Of a stretch of 64,000 nt of DNA, positions 48,900 through 58,110 are shown one piece after another (the stretch's first letter is position 1; each line of letters starts with the position of its first letter). This DNA comes from an uncultured virus (IMG/VR IMGVR_UViG_3300009647_000160). Taxonomy: Duplodnaviria; Heunggongvirae; Uroviricota; Caudoviricetes. The translations under genes and the position numbers were made by a program. The notes beneath the pieces are model-generated. The model was not told the DNA's origin. It did not search any database and saw only the letters and a list, made by a program, of their open reading frames with translations. The DNA is taken from the IMG/VR virus record IMGVR_UViG_3300009647_000160, one strand, 5' to 3'.

Positions 48900-49457
48900 A
48901 TGGCTCTTTTGACCGTCTGCCAGCACACCTTCCAGAACGTCACCGCTTACGAGGAGGCGGTCGAGGATGTTGCCGCTCTGAAGGTCAATGTGCAGGAATG
49001 CTACACCGAAATCACCAAGACCTCGGAGCAGATACAGTCCTCTGTCCGGGAAACCTACATCTCAAAGTCGGAGATGGAGACGATACAGCAGGATTTCCAG
49101 ACATCCATCACGGAGAGCAGCACAGAAATCCGCATGGACTTTCAATCTTCTCTGGATGTGGTCTCCGGGCAGGTTTCCGAGAATCAGGCGCTGCTGGAGG
49201 AATACATCCGTTTCAGGGGCGCTCTCATCGAGCTCGGCAAGGTGGGCAATGCCTTCACAGCCGAGCTGTCTAACGAACAGCTGGCCTTCAAAGAAAACGG
49301 CCAGACCATCGCGTACATTTCAAACCAGTCACTGGTCATCACCAATGCGGAGATTCGCAACAAGCTCTCCCTTGGAAATGAAGACCGTGGCTGGTTTGAT
49401 TTTATCCCAAGAACATCCGGCAACCTCTCCATCGTCTGGAGAGCCCCAGCATCTTAA
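48900..49457 (+). CDS. Minor tail protein
   Basis: Coiled coil, then YIRF.G..IELG...IAYISN. Confidence 0.65.
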   Translation: MALLTVCQHTFQNVTAYEEAVEDVAALKVNVQECYTEITKTSEQIQSSVRETYISKSEMETIQQDFQTSITESSTEIRMDFQSSLDVVSGQVSENQALLEEYIRFRGALIELGKVGNAFTAELSNEQLAFKENGQTIAYISNQSLVITNAEIRNKLSLGNEDRGWFDFIPRTSGNLSIVWRAPAS

Positions 49458-49471
49458 GGAGGTGACGGCAC

Positions 49472-51583
49472 ATGGCTTCCAGTGGTTCCTTCTCCGGCTC
49501 CATCTGTAGCGGCCACTATGTGCTCCGCATTGACTGGTCGCAGGCGCAGAATGTGTCGGCGAATACCAGTACCATCACAGCAAAAATCTATCTGGTCAAT
49601 GACTGGCGTCTGGACATTGGCGCTCGTACCGCCAATACCATAAGCATCGGCGGCACCTCGCAGGGCTTCACGTCTCCCGCCGTCACAACGACCGGAGAGC
49701 ATCTGCTCAATACAGTCACGCAGACAGTGACCCATGAGAGTGACGGCTCCAAGAGCATCTCCATCAGCGCGGTCTTCAGCTTTGCGGCGACCATCTCCGG
49801 CACCTACTATTCCACGATTTCTGCCAGCGCCAACATCACGCTGGACTCGATTCCCCGCGCCTCTGACGTGAGTATGCCCACCGGAACGATGGGGAGCTCT
49901 GTAGCGATTACTATCACCCCGGCATCCAGCTCATTCACGCACACGCTCACCTATACCTTTGGCTCTCTGTCGGGGACGATTTCGACAAAGACGACCGCCA
50001 CGACGGTAAACTGGACGCCTGCGCTAACGATGGCAAATCAGCTGCCGAATGCCACATCAGGGACGGGCACCCTCAAATGCACCACCTACAGCGGCAATAC
50101 AGCAGTCGGCTCCAAGTCGATAACCATCACCTTAAAGGTTCCTACGACAGTGGTTCCGAGCCTGACCAGCCTGATGGCGGCGCGGGTCAACGGCACTGTC
50201 CCTTCAAGCTGGGGCATTTACGTGCAGACAAAATCCAAGGCGACACTCACTATCAACGGCGCGGCAGGCTCCTATGGCTCCACGATTACAGGATACAGCA
50301 TTACGGGCGGTGGCTTCTCCAGCACCAGTTCCTCTTTCACCACGGGCTTTTTGAACACCTCCGGGACAATAACCTTCACGGCGACGGTGACAGATTCCAG
50401 AGGCCGGACGTCTGCTGCAAAAACGGTGAGCATCTCCGTAGTGGCCTACAGCGCTCCGTCCTTTGCAAGCTACCTTTCCCAGCGATGTAACAGCTCCGGC
50501 ACGGTGACGAATGACGGCACCTATGTCCGAGGATTGGTGGACTTCACCTACAGCAGCTGCTCCAGCAAGAACACCATTACTACAGCCACCTATTACAAGA
50601 AGAGCTCTGCTACCAGCTGGACAAACGCCAGCAAAGCCTTCTCCGACAATACGGCCTTTACCTTTGGCGGCAGCCTTACGACAGAAAGCTCCTATGACAT
50701 CAAATATACCCTGACGGATGCGTTCACGACCATCAGCGTCATCGATACGGTCTCCACCGCATCTGTGGTCATGGACTTCAAAGCCGGAGGGACAGGCGTG
50801 GCCATCGGCAAGGTGGCTGAGAACAACGGCTTTGATGTCGATATGGCAACCGAGTTCCGACGCACGGTCAAAGTCGATGGAACGGCGACCTTCGGTGGAG
50901 ATGTAGTCGGGATTCCCCACAGCTATTACGGAACCTGCGCAACGGCAGCCTCCACTTCCATCAAGGTCGTAACCTGCGCCCATTTCAAAAAGGAAGTCGG
51001 AGCGGTCGTAACGATTCTCATGACCTACGCCAATACCGTGGCGTCTCCGAGGCTGAACATCAACAGTACAGGGGCCAGCTATCTGAGCTATGGCAATGTG
51101 ACGAAATCTGGTGCGTACCGCTGGCTTGCGGGGAGTATGCTCACGGTCATGTACACGGGAAGCTATTACGAGGTGCTGTCGATTGGCGCGACCTGGGTAC
51201 CGACTGTGGCCGGAGCAAGCACGACATATAACGCGAGAGAAGGCTACTTCACCTACACTGGCGGCGTCGTGACGCTTTCTTTTACGGCAAACGGGAGCTT
51301 CCTCAGCACGACCACGACCTCTACTGCGCTGGAGGTTACCGGCTTTCCCTTCACGAACGCCAGCGCAGGCGTAGCGGCAGGCGGCGGTGTGGCATACGGG
51401 GCGTATCTCGGTACGAACGCGACCTCACATTTTCATGGATGGGTCATCTCATCTGGGGCTTCGGCTATCAGCGGCAGGAATGGAACTAAGAGTGCCGCCA
51501 ATCTGCAGATGCTCGGCTATCTCTATAACAATCCATCCACCAATTTCAACCTGTCTGGAACGATACAAATGCGCGTGATTTAA
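49472..51583 (+). CDS. DUF859-like tail fibre / receptor-binding protein
   Basis: ITLDSIPRAS, VTDSRGR, GVAIGKVAE; divergent C-terminus. Confidence 0.75.
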   Translation: MASSGSFSGSICSGHYVLRIDWSQAQNVSANTSTITAKIYLVNDWRLDIGARTANTISIGGTSQGFTSPAVTTTGEHLLNTVTQTVTHESDGSKSISISAVFSFAATISGTYYSTISASANITLDSIPRASDVSMPTGTMGSSVAITITPASSSFTHTLTYTFGSLSGTISTKTTATTVNWTPALTMANQLPNATSGTGTLKCTTYSGNTAVGSKSITITLKVPTTVVPSLTSLMAARVNGTVPSSWGIYVQTKSKATLTINGAAGSYGSTITGYSITGGGFSSTSSSFTTGFLNTSGTITFTATVTDSRGRTSAAKTVSISVVAYSAPSFASYLSQRCNSSGTVTNDGTYVRGLVDFTYSSCSSKNTITTATYYKKSSATSWTNASKAFSDNTAFTFGGSLTTESSYDIKYTLTDAFTTISVIDTVSTASVVMDFKAGGTGVAIGKVAENNGFDVDMATEFRRTVKVDGTATFGGDVVGIPHSYYGTCATAASTSIKVVTCAHFKKEVGAVVTILMTYANTVASPRLNINSTGASYLSYGNVTKSGAYRWLAGSMLTVMYTGSYYEVLSIGATWVPTVAGASTTYNAREGYFTYTGGVVTLSFTANGSFLSTTTTSTALEVTGFPFTNASAGVAAGGGVAYGAYLGTNATSHFHGWVISSGASAISGRNGTKSAANLQMLGYLYNNPSTNFNLSGTIQMRVI

Positions 51584-51596
51584 GGAGGAAATCATC

Positions 51597-52010
51597 ATGA
51601 AAGAATTCTGGAACACCATTCAACTTATGTTTGCGGCCATCGGTGGCTGGCTGGGCTACTTCCTCGGCGGCTGCGATGGCCTGCTCATTGCGCTCGTGGT
51701 CTTCGTCGTTGTGGACTACATCACCGGCGTCATGTGCGCCATCGCAGACCACAAGCTCTCCAGCGCTGTCGGCTTTAAGGGCATCTGCCGCAAGGTGCTC
51801 ATCTTCCTGCTGGTGGGCATCGCCAACATCCTCGATGTGCAGGTCATCGGAAGCGGCTCCGTCCTGCGCACGGCAGTCATCTTTTTCTACATCTCGAATG
51901 AAGGCGTCTCTCTCGTGGAGAATGCCGCGCACCTCGGCCTGCCCGTACCGGACAAGCTGAAAGATGTGCTGGAGCAGCTCCACGACCGCGACGGAAAGGA
52001 GGGCCAGTAA
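51597..52010 (+). CDS. Phage holin
   Basis: DYITGV, GFKGICRK, NEGVSLVENA..LGLPVP. Confidence 0.9.
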   Translation: MKEFWNTIQLMFAAIGGWLGYFLGGCDGLLIALVVFVVVDYITGVMCAIADHKLSSAVGFKGICRKVLIFLLVGIANILDVQVIGSGSVLRTAVIFFYISNEGVSLVENAAHLGLPVPDKLKDVLEQLHDRDGKEGQ

Positions 52011-52011
52011 C

Positions 52012-52950
52012 ATGGCATATACAAACAGTTCGCTCGTATCATTCACCCAGCTCAGTCCGAATCACTCCGGCCAGCGCACTCACGCCATTGACCGTATCAC
52101 GCCTCACTGCGTGGTTGGCCAGTGCAGCGTGGAGACCCTGGGCCGGATTTTTCTGCCCACATCCCGGCAGGCCAGCTGCAACTACGGCATTGGCGTAGAT
52201 GGCCGTGTCGGAATGTATGTCGAGGAGAAGAACCGCTCGTGGTGTTCCTCCTCCAATGCCAACGACCAGCGGGCAGTCACCATCGAGTGCGCTTCCGACA
52301 CCACGGCTCCTTACGCCTTCAAGGATGTGGTCTACCAGAAGCTCATCACCCTCTGCATCGACATCTGTAAGCGGAACGGAAAGAAGAAGCTCCTGTGGCT
52401 CGGCGACAAAGATAAGACGCTGAACTACAGCCCTGCAGCCGATGAGATGGTGCTGACTGTCCACCGATGGTTTGCAAACAAATCCTGTCCCGGCGACTGG
52501 ATGTATGCACGGATGGGCGACCTTGCCTCGAAGGTCACAGCGGCCCTCGGCGGCACGACCACTACACCGAAGCAGCTCTATCGCGTCCGCAAGACATGGT
52601 CGGATTCCAAATCGCAGAAGGGCGCTTATAAAATACTTGCCAATGCAAAAGCGTGTGCTGATAAGAATCCGGGATACTCCGTCTTCGATACTGACGGGAA
52701 TGCCGTATACACATCCGAGACAGGCTCTGCCGGTGTCCCCGGTGACGCCACCTTCAAGGTTCGGGTGTCTGTGCCTGACCTGAACATCCGCTCCGGGCCG
52801 GGGACAAACTATGCAGCCACCGGTCGTTTCACCGGAGCTGGGGTCTTCACCATCACTGCTGTGCAGTCCGGTCAGGGCTCCAGCTCCGGCTGGGGCAAGC
52901 TCAAGTCCGGCGCTGGCTGGATTGCGCTGGACTTCGCCAAACGCGTATAA
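52012..52950 (+). CDS. Endolysin (amidase_2 plus SH3-like cell-wall binding domain)
   Basis: ITPHCVVG, ASCNYGIG, TIEC, HRWFANKSCPG, LNIRSGPG, WGKLKSGAGWI. Confidence 0.9.
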   Translation: MAYTNSSLVSFTQLSPNHSGQRTHAIDRITPHCVVGQCSVETLGRIFLPTSRQASCNYGIGVDGRVGMYVEEKNRSWCSSSNANDQRAVTIECASDTTAPYAFKDVVYQKLITLCIDICKRNGKKKLLWLGDKDKTLNYSPAADEMVLTVHRWFANKSCPGDWMYARMGDLASKVTAALGGTTTTPKQLYRVRKTWSDSKSQKGAYKILANAKACADKNPGYSVFDTDGNAVYTSETGSAGVPGDATFKVRVSVPDLNIRSGPGTNYAATGRFTGAGVFTITAVQSGQGSSSGWGKLKSGAGWIALDFAKRV

Positions 52951-52965
52951 TCGCATAAACCATTC

Positions 52966-53008
52966 TGGGCCTATGGGAGAAATCCTGTAGGCCCCTTTTT
53001 CTATTTTT
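52966..53008 (+). terminator. Intrinsic terminator after the lysis module
   Basis: GGGCCTATGGGA-GAAA-TCCTGTAGGCCC followed by T-runs. Confidence 0.7.
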
Positions 53009-53018
53009 GAAACAAATA

Positions 53019-53051
53019 TCCGCTCAAAACGGTCGCCCACCTTCAGTGGGA
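53019..53051 (+). promoter_or_regulatory. Bipartite motif A, copy 3 (upstream of the recombination module)
   Basis: TCCGCTCAAA-acggtcgcc-CACCTTCAGTGGGA. Confidence 0.7.
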
Positions 53052-53084
53052 ACTGAAGGATAAGCCTTCGGATTGGAGGTCGCT

Positions 53085-53507
53085 ATGACAAACGAACAGA
53101 AATACCAAATCGCGGAGCTCCGCCAGTCCGGGTACGGATACGCTAACATTGCTGACGCGCTTGGCCTGACCAAGAATCAGGTCTCTGCCTACTGCCGCAG
53201 GGCAGGACTCACTGGCACTAAGGCCGCTGTGGGCGCGACCGTCGTTCCTGCTTCAAACTGCTGCCGTAACTGTGGCAAGCCGCTGACGCAGGTCGCCGGA
53301 AGGAAGCCTGTCAAGTTCTGCTCGGAAGCCTGCCGCATCCACTGGTGGAATACGCATCCGGACGCTGTGGATAAAAAGGCGTTCTACGATTTCACATGCG
53401 CTTGCTGCGGGAAGCCCTTCCGGGCCTATGGCAATTCCCAGCGGAAATACTGCTGCCATGCCTGCTATGTTCAGGCTCGGTTCCGAGGTGGTGATGGCCA
53501 TGACTGA
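53085..53507 (+). CDS. HTH plus zinc-finger protein of the recombination module
   Basis: GYGYANIADALGL HTH; CRNC, FCSEAC, CACC, YCCHAC. Confidence 0.75.
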   Translation: MTNEQKYQIAELRQSGYGYANIADALGLTKNQVSAYCRRAGLTGTKAAVGATVVPASNCCRNCGKPLTQVAGRKPVKFCSEACRIHWWNTHPDAVDKKAFYDFTCACCGKPFRAYGNSQRKYCCHACYVQARFRGGDGHD

Positions 53508-53715
53508 GGAGCAATTCGACCGGGAGAAACGATATCAGGCCAGCATGAATATGTTCCGGACGATGCTGAAAAACGGCCTCATCACTGAGGAGCAATACGC
53601 CATAATTGATACAAAAATGCTGGAAAAATATCGGCCATTATTGGGGACATTATTTTCAGAATCTACTTGCTATTCCGGGCTTTCAGAGCGATGTATAGTA
53701 CCGGAAAGGAGCTGA
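53500..53715 (+). CDS. SHOCT-like small protein (possible recombination accessory factor)
   Basis: MLKNGLITEEQY; immediately upstream of the recombinases. Confidence 0.65.
   Translation: MTEEQFDREKRYQASMNMFRTMLKNGLITEEQYAIIDTKMLEKYRPLLGTLFSESTCYSGLSERCIVPERS
53665..53691 (+). promoter_or_regulatory. Bipartite motif B, copy 3 (just upstream of recombinase 1)
   Basis: ACTTGCTATT-ccgggctttc-AGAGCGA. Confidence 0.55.
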
Positions 53716-53719
53716 TTTC

Positions 53720-55456
53720 ATGCGAAAAGTAAGCAAAATCGAGCCGATTTCTCCCTCGCTCCCGACCCGCAAGAAGGTCGCTGCATACGCCAGAGTTTCG
53801 ATGGAGTCCGAACGGCTCAACCACTCCCTGTCAGCGCAGGTCAGCTATTACAGCAAGCTGATTCAGAGCAATCCGGAATGGGAATACGCTGGCGTCTATG
53901 CGGACAATGCGGTCACCGGCACAAAGTCCTCCAGCCGTGAGGAATTCCAGCGGATGCTGGAGGATTGCGAAGCCGGGAAAATCGACATCATCCTGACGAA
54001 GAGCATCTCAAGATTCGCCCGGAACACAGTCGACCTGCTGGAGACTGTCCGCCACCTGAAGGAGCTGGGCATCGAGGTTCGGTTCGAGAAGGAGCACATC
54101 AATTCCCTGAGCGGTGATGGCGAGGTCATGCTCACCTTACTGGCATCCTTTGCGCAGGAGGAGGTCAGGAGCCTCTCGGAGAACGTGAAATGGGGCACCC
54201 GGAAGCGCTTTGAGCAGGGCATTCCCAACGGGCGGTTCTTGATTTACGGCTACCGTTGGGAGGGCGACCATCTGGTCGTCGAGCCGGAGGAGGCCAAAAT
54301 CGTCCGGCTCATCTACGACAATTTCCTGAAGGGCCTCTCGGCAGAGGCGACGGAAAAACAGTTGGAGGAGATGGGCGTGAAGTCCATGAAGGGAATGCAT
54401 TTTCCCAACAGCTCCATTCGGGCCATCCTCAAAAACATCACCTACACCGGGAACCTGCTCTTTCAGAAGGAATACACCCTTGACCCTATCAGCAAAAAGA
54501 CCCGCAAGAACCATGGTGAGCTGCCTCAGTATTTCGTGGAAAACACCCACGAGGCCATCATCCCTATGGAGACCTATCAGGCGGTGCAGGCTGAGATTGC
54601 ACGGCGGCGTGAGCTTGGCGCTCTGGCCAACTGGAGCATCAACACCAGCTGCTTCACCTCGAAAATCAAATGCGGTCTTTGTGGTGCCAGTTTTGTACGC
54701 AACACCCGGAAGAACCGGGCCAAGACCAGTCAGCTGGGGGAACGTTACACTTTCTACGGCTGCGGCACAAACAAGCGTAAGGGAGAACACTGTTCCTCCG
54801 GCACAATACGCGAGGATGTTCTGAAAGACGAATGCGCCAAGGCGCTCGGCCTGCCGGAATTTGACGAGGAGACCTTCTCAGAACGGGTCGAAAAGATTAC
54901 GATTCCAACCACCGGCACGATGCTCTTCGAGTTTACCGATGGGAGCTCCCTTGAGCATCATTGGAGCCGGAATGCAAAAAAGGAAAGCTGGACAGCTGAA
55001 CGGCGCAAGGCGGTCAGTGAGTACCGGCGCAGTCGGGAGACCGGATGGAAATGCTATCACACCTTCACCCACTTCATCAAATGCGGTCGCTGCGGAGGGA
55101 ATTACCGCTGCCAGACGCACAAGCGTGTGGATGGGACGGTAGTACGTTCCTGGTACTGTTCGTCGCCGACAGCGGTGGGCTGCTCCAAGGTCGGCATCCG
55201 GGAGGACACGCTCAAGGCGCTCATTGCAGATGTGATGGGCCTGCCGGAGTTTGACGAGGAGCTTTTCAATCAGCATCTGGCTTACGCGACGGTGCCCGCA
55301 GACAATCAGATTGTCTTTCACTTCCGGGATGGGCGCGAGGTTTCCAGAACCTTCGTCCAGAAGCGCCAGATGCCGCGCCAGACTGAGGAGAGGAAGAAGC
55401 ACATGAGCGAGGTCATGAAAGCGAAATGGAGGGAACGCCATGCCGAAAACGACTAA
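53720..55456 (+). CDS. Large serine recombinase 1
   Basis: AAYARVS, KSISRFARN, recombinase domain, two Zn ribbons (CGLC, CGRC). Confidence 0.92.
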   Translation: MRKVSKIEPISPSLPTRKKVAAYARVSMESERLNHSLSAQVSYYSKLIQSNPEWEYAGVYADNAVTGTKSSSREEFQRMLEDCEAGKIDIILTKSISRFARNTVDLLETVRHLKELGIEVRFEKEHINSLSGDGEVMLTLLASFAQEEVRSLSENVKWGTRKRFEQGIPNGRFLIYGYRWEGDHLVVEPEEAKIVRLIYDNFLKGLSAEATEKQLEEMGVKSMKGMHFPNSSIRAILKNITYTGNLLFQKEYTLDPISKKTRKNHGELPQYFVENTHEAIIPMETYQAVQAEIARRRELGALANWSINTSCFTSKIKCGLCGASFVRNTRKNRAKTSQLGERYTFYGCGTNKRKGEHCSSGTIREDVLKDECAKALGLPEFDEETFSERVEKITIPTTGTMLFEFTDGSSLEHHWSRNAKKESWTAERRKAVSEYRRSRETGWKCYHTFTHFIKCGRCGGNYRCQTHKRVDGTVVRSWYCSSPTAVGCSKVGIREDTLKALIADVMGLPEFDEELFNQHLAYATVPADNQIVFHFRDGREVSRTFVQKRQMPRQTEERKKHMSEVMKAKWRERHAEND

Positions 55457-57026
55457 GAAGATTACCACCATCCCGGCTACGCTGACCCGCTTCACAGCTA
55501 CGCCTATCACGGAGCAGAAAAAGCGTCGGGTCGCCGGTTATGCGCGTGTTTCTACTGACCACGACGACCAGTTCACCAGCTATGAGGCCCAGATTGATTA
55601 CTACACGAATTACATCAAGAGCCGGGACGATTGGGAGTTCGTCGATGTATATACGGACGCAGGCATCACGGGCACCAGCACCAAGCACCGCGAGGGCTTC
55701 AAACGCATGGTCGCGGATGCGCTGGCCGGAAAAATCGACCTTATCGTGACCAAGAGCGTCAGCCGGTTTGCCCGGAACACGGTGGACAGCCTGACCACCA
55801 TCCGCCAGCTCAAGGAAAACGGCATCGAGTGCTATTTTGAGAAGGAGAACATCTGGACGTTCGACGGGAAGGGCGAGTTGCTCCTGACCATCATGTCCTC
55901 GCTGGCGCAGGAGGAAAGCCGGAGCATATCTGAAAACTGCACCTGGGGCCAGCGGAAGCGCTTTGCAGACGGCAAGGTCACGGTTCCGTTCAACCGGTTC
56001 CTCGGATACGACCGTGGGCCGGACGGCAATCTGGTGGTCAACCGGGAGCAGGCGGCCGTTGTTCAGCGCATCTACGCCATGTTCCTTCAGGGCATGACTT
56101 ACAACGGCATCGCCCAGCAGCTCACGGATGACGGCATCCTGTCTCCCGGAGGAAAGCCTAAGTGGAATACCTCGGCGGTCAAAAGCATCCTGTCGAATGA
56201 GAAATACAAGGGCTGCGCTCTCCTGCAAAAGACCTACACGGTCGATTACCTGACGAAGAAAAAGAAGGTCAATGAGGGCGAAATCCCGCAATACTATGTG
56301 GAGGACAACCACGAGGCTATCATCGACCCGGACACCTTCGAGATGGTGCAGCGGGAGATGGAGAAGCGCGGCAAGGGCCGGAAGTACCATAGTGGCGTCC
56401 ACACCTTCTCCAGTAAAATCCGCTGCGGTGAGTGCGGAAGCTGGTACGGCTCAAAGGTATGGCACTCCAACAGCAAGTACCGGAAGGTCATCTGGCAGTG
56501 CAATCACAAATTCGACGGCGACAAGCATTGCAGCACTCCGCACCTGACCGATGACATCATCCAGCAGGCGTTCCTGTCAGCAGCAAATAAGCTGCTGGCC
56601 ACCAAGGATACGGTCATCGCGGATGGCCGAGAGATGATGGCCATGCTCTTTGACACCACCGACTTGGAGCGGGAGCAGGAAGAACTCCAGCAGGAAACGC
56701 AGGTGGTCTCCGATATGGTTCAGCAGTGCATCTACGAAAACGCACACGTTGCCCTCGACCAGACCGAATACCAGAAACGCTACGACGGCCTGACCGAGCG
56801 TTTTGAAAAGGCCAAGGCCCGACTGGATGCGGTCACAGCGGAAATCCATCAGATTCAGACCCAGCGGGCCAGCATTGAGGATTTCCTGAAAGCCTTTGCA
56901 GCCATGCCGGATGAGCTGACCGAATTTACGCTGGAAAGCTGGCACGGGCTGGTGGACTACGGCACCGTCTACGCTGCCGACGACATCCGCTTCACCTTCA
57001 AAAACGGGCAGGAAGTCAAAGCCTGA
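55440..57026 (+). CDS. Large serine recombinase 2
   Basis: AGYARVST, KSVSRFARN, CGECG Zn ribbon, coiled coil. Confidence 0.93.
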   Translation: MPKTTKKITTIPATLTRFTATPITEQKKRRVAGYARVSTDHDDQFTSYEAQIDYYTNYIKSRDDWEFVDVYTDAGITGTSTKHREGFKRMVADALAGKIDLIVTKSVSRFARNTVDSLTTIRQLKENGIECYFEKENIWTFDGKGELLLTIMSSLAQEESRSISENCTWGQRKRFADGKVTVPFNRFLGYDRGPDGNLVVNREQAAVVQRIYAMFLQGMTYNGIAQQLTDDGILSPGGKPKWNTSAVKSILSNEKYKGCALLQKTYTVDYLTKKKKVNEGEIPQYYVEDNHEAIIDPDTFEMVQREMEKRGKGRKYHSGVHTFSSKIRCGECGSWYGSKVWHSNSKYRKVIWQCNHKFDGDKHCSTPHLTDDIIQQAFLSAANKLLATKDTVIADGREMMAMLFDTTDLEREQEELQQETQVVSDMVQQCIYENAHVALDQTEYQKRYDGLTERFEKAKARLDAVTAEIHQIQTQRASIEDFLKAFAAMPDELTEFTLESWHGLVDYGTVYAADDIRFTFKNGQEVKA

Positions 57027-57115
57027 CCCCAGAAACGAAAAACGGCTCCCTGCCGCTGGAGGTTATCTCCGGTAGCAGGGAGTTTCGCTTACTGTTGATG
57101 GCCATCGGTATGCCG

Positions 57116-57355
57116 TCAGCTGGTTATGCCCTTGGTCAAGGCTGCCGCCCACAGGATAAACTCCTCCACAGTCGGTTCTTTGCCGGAGAAGTGAAACGTC
57201 GCCCACCGTGCCTGAACTGCTGGGTCAGGATTGTTTCTTCCTGCATTCATGGCCTCAGTCATATCCGAGCGCACTTGTTCCTCCGACACCTGATGCTCAC
57301 GAGCAATCCGTCTGATGATTTTCGCTGCCGCTTTCAACTCTTTCTCTGTGTACAT
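57116..57355 (-). CDS. Stand-alone Spo0A C-terminal domain-like protein
   Basis: RRIAREHQVSEEQVRSDMTEAM...W...EPTVEEFI resembles the Spo0A DNA-binding-domain end (IA.....S.VER.IR.AI...W...KPTNSEFI). Confidence 0.55.
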   Translation of the reverse strand: MYTEKELKAAAKIIRRIAREHQVSEEQVRSDMTEAMNAGRNNPDPAVQARWATFHFSGKEPTVEEFILWAAALTKGITS

Positions 57356-57511
57356 CGCTCTACCTCCGTTTTTATCTCGCTAAAAGAGATATGTATTTCT
57401 GTTAGCAAGACTATTATACAAAGGCACTTTGTCGAAAATTGCCGAAAGGCGTCAGTGTGGGTAAAAAAATATCCCTACGCGCAGAATTGTGGCGTAGGAA
57501 TATTCTTCATG

Positions 57512-57841
57512 TCATTTTGTGCTGGATTCATCAATCATAACTTCAAGAACGCGAAGTATCCGTCGCTGTTCCTCCGGAGGAAGCGCCAGCAGTTTCTTGG
57601 AGACAAGGCCGCTCTCCTGACCGGTGGTGACGTCGAGCACATCTGCAAGAAGCAGGTTTGCGTCACATTGCAGCGCATTTGCGATAGAAACAAAGGTGTT
57701 CAACTTCGGTGTCTTGAAGCCGCATTCGACATTGCTGATGTATTTGGTAGACAGGTCAACCATTTGTGAAAGTTCCGCTTGTGTGAGCCCGCGTGACTTT
57801 CGCACCTCTTGAATCCGTCTGCCAACTTTTTGAGCGTCCAC
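57512..57841 (-). CDS. XRE-family HTH regulator (probable repressor)
   Basis: GRRIQEVRKSRGLTQAELS...ISNVECG; GTG start 6 nt after AGGAGG. Confidence 0.85.
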   Translation of the reverse strand: MDAQKVGRRIQEVRKSRGLTQAELSQMVDLSTKYISNVECGFKTPKLNTFVSIANALQCDANLLLADVLDVTTGQESGLVSKKLLALPPEEQRRILRVLEVMIDESSTK

Positions 57842-57851
57842 AAGCATCCTC

Positions 57852-57877
57852 CTAACAGATGGCAGTCTATCTGTTAG
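57852..57877. promoter_or_regulatory. Palindromic operator or 5' hairpin of the XRE gene
   Basis: CTAACAGAT-N8-ATCTGTTAG between a TATACT -10-like box and the SD. Confidence 0.55.
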
Positions 57878-57999
57878 TAAGTATACCCACCGGAAAGCTC
57901 TGATTAAATCCACCAACTGAAAGATGTATTTCTCCAAGAAATACTCGGCCGCACTTTATTTTGTGAAAGAGCAAAAAAACAGCGCCGGTTCCTGAAAAC

Positions 58000-58047
58000 C
58001 GACACCCCTAATCAGACCGACACCCCTTTGGCCCCTGCGACACCCCT
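58000..58047. repeat. Three CGACACCCCT direct repeats beside the right att arm
   Basis: Copies at 58000, 58018 and 58038. Confidence 0.8.
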
Positions 58048-58067
58048 TTGGTCAGGCCGCTGTGCTT

Positions 58068-58110
58068 TGTATCAAATTTTGCGTCTTAATTTCATATATA
58101 CGGTTCTCGG
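58068..58110. other. Right attachment junction (phage arm 58068-58091 + TC core + hsdM half)
   Basis: Inverted repeat of the left arm; hsdM frame reads ENRIY|EIKTQ instead of ENRIY|DPCC. Confidence 0.88.

Larger units (their letters stand above)
1295..58093. mobile_element. Complete prophage (siphovirus-like, large serine recombinase integration) inserted in hsdM
   Basis: Replication, terminase, portal, capsid, tail, lysis and recombinase genes, bounded by TC cores at 1295-1296 and 58092-58093 whose joining restores hsdM in frame. Confidence 0.93.

Noticed and set aside
49472..51583. Possible diversity-generating retroelement or invertible tail-fibre cassette
   Set aside because: No reverse transcriptase, template repeat or inverted duplicate C-terminus seen
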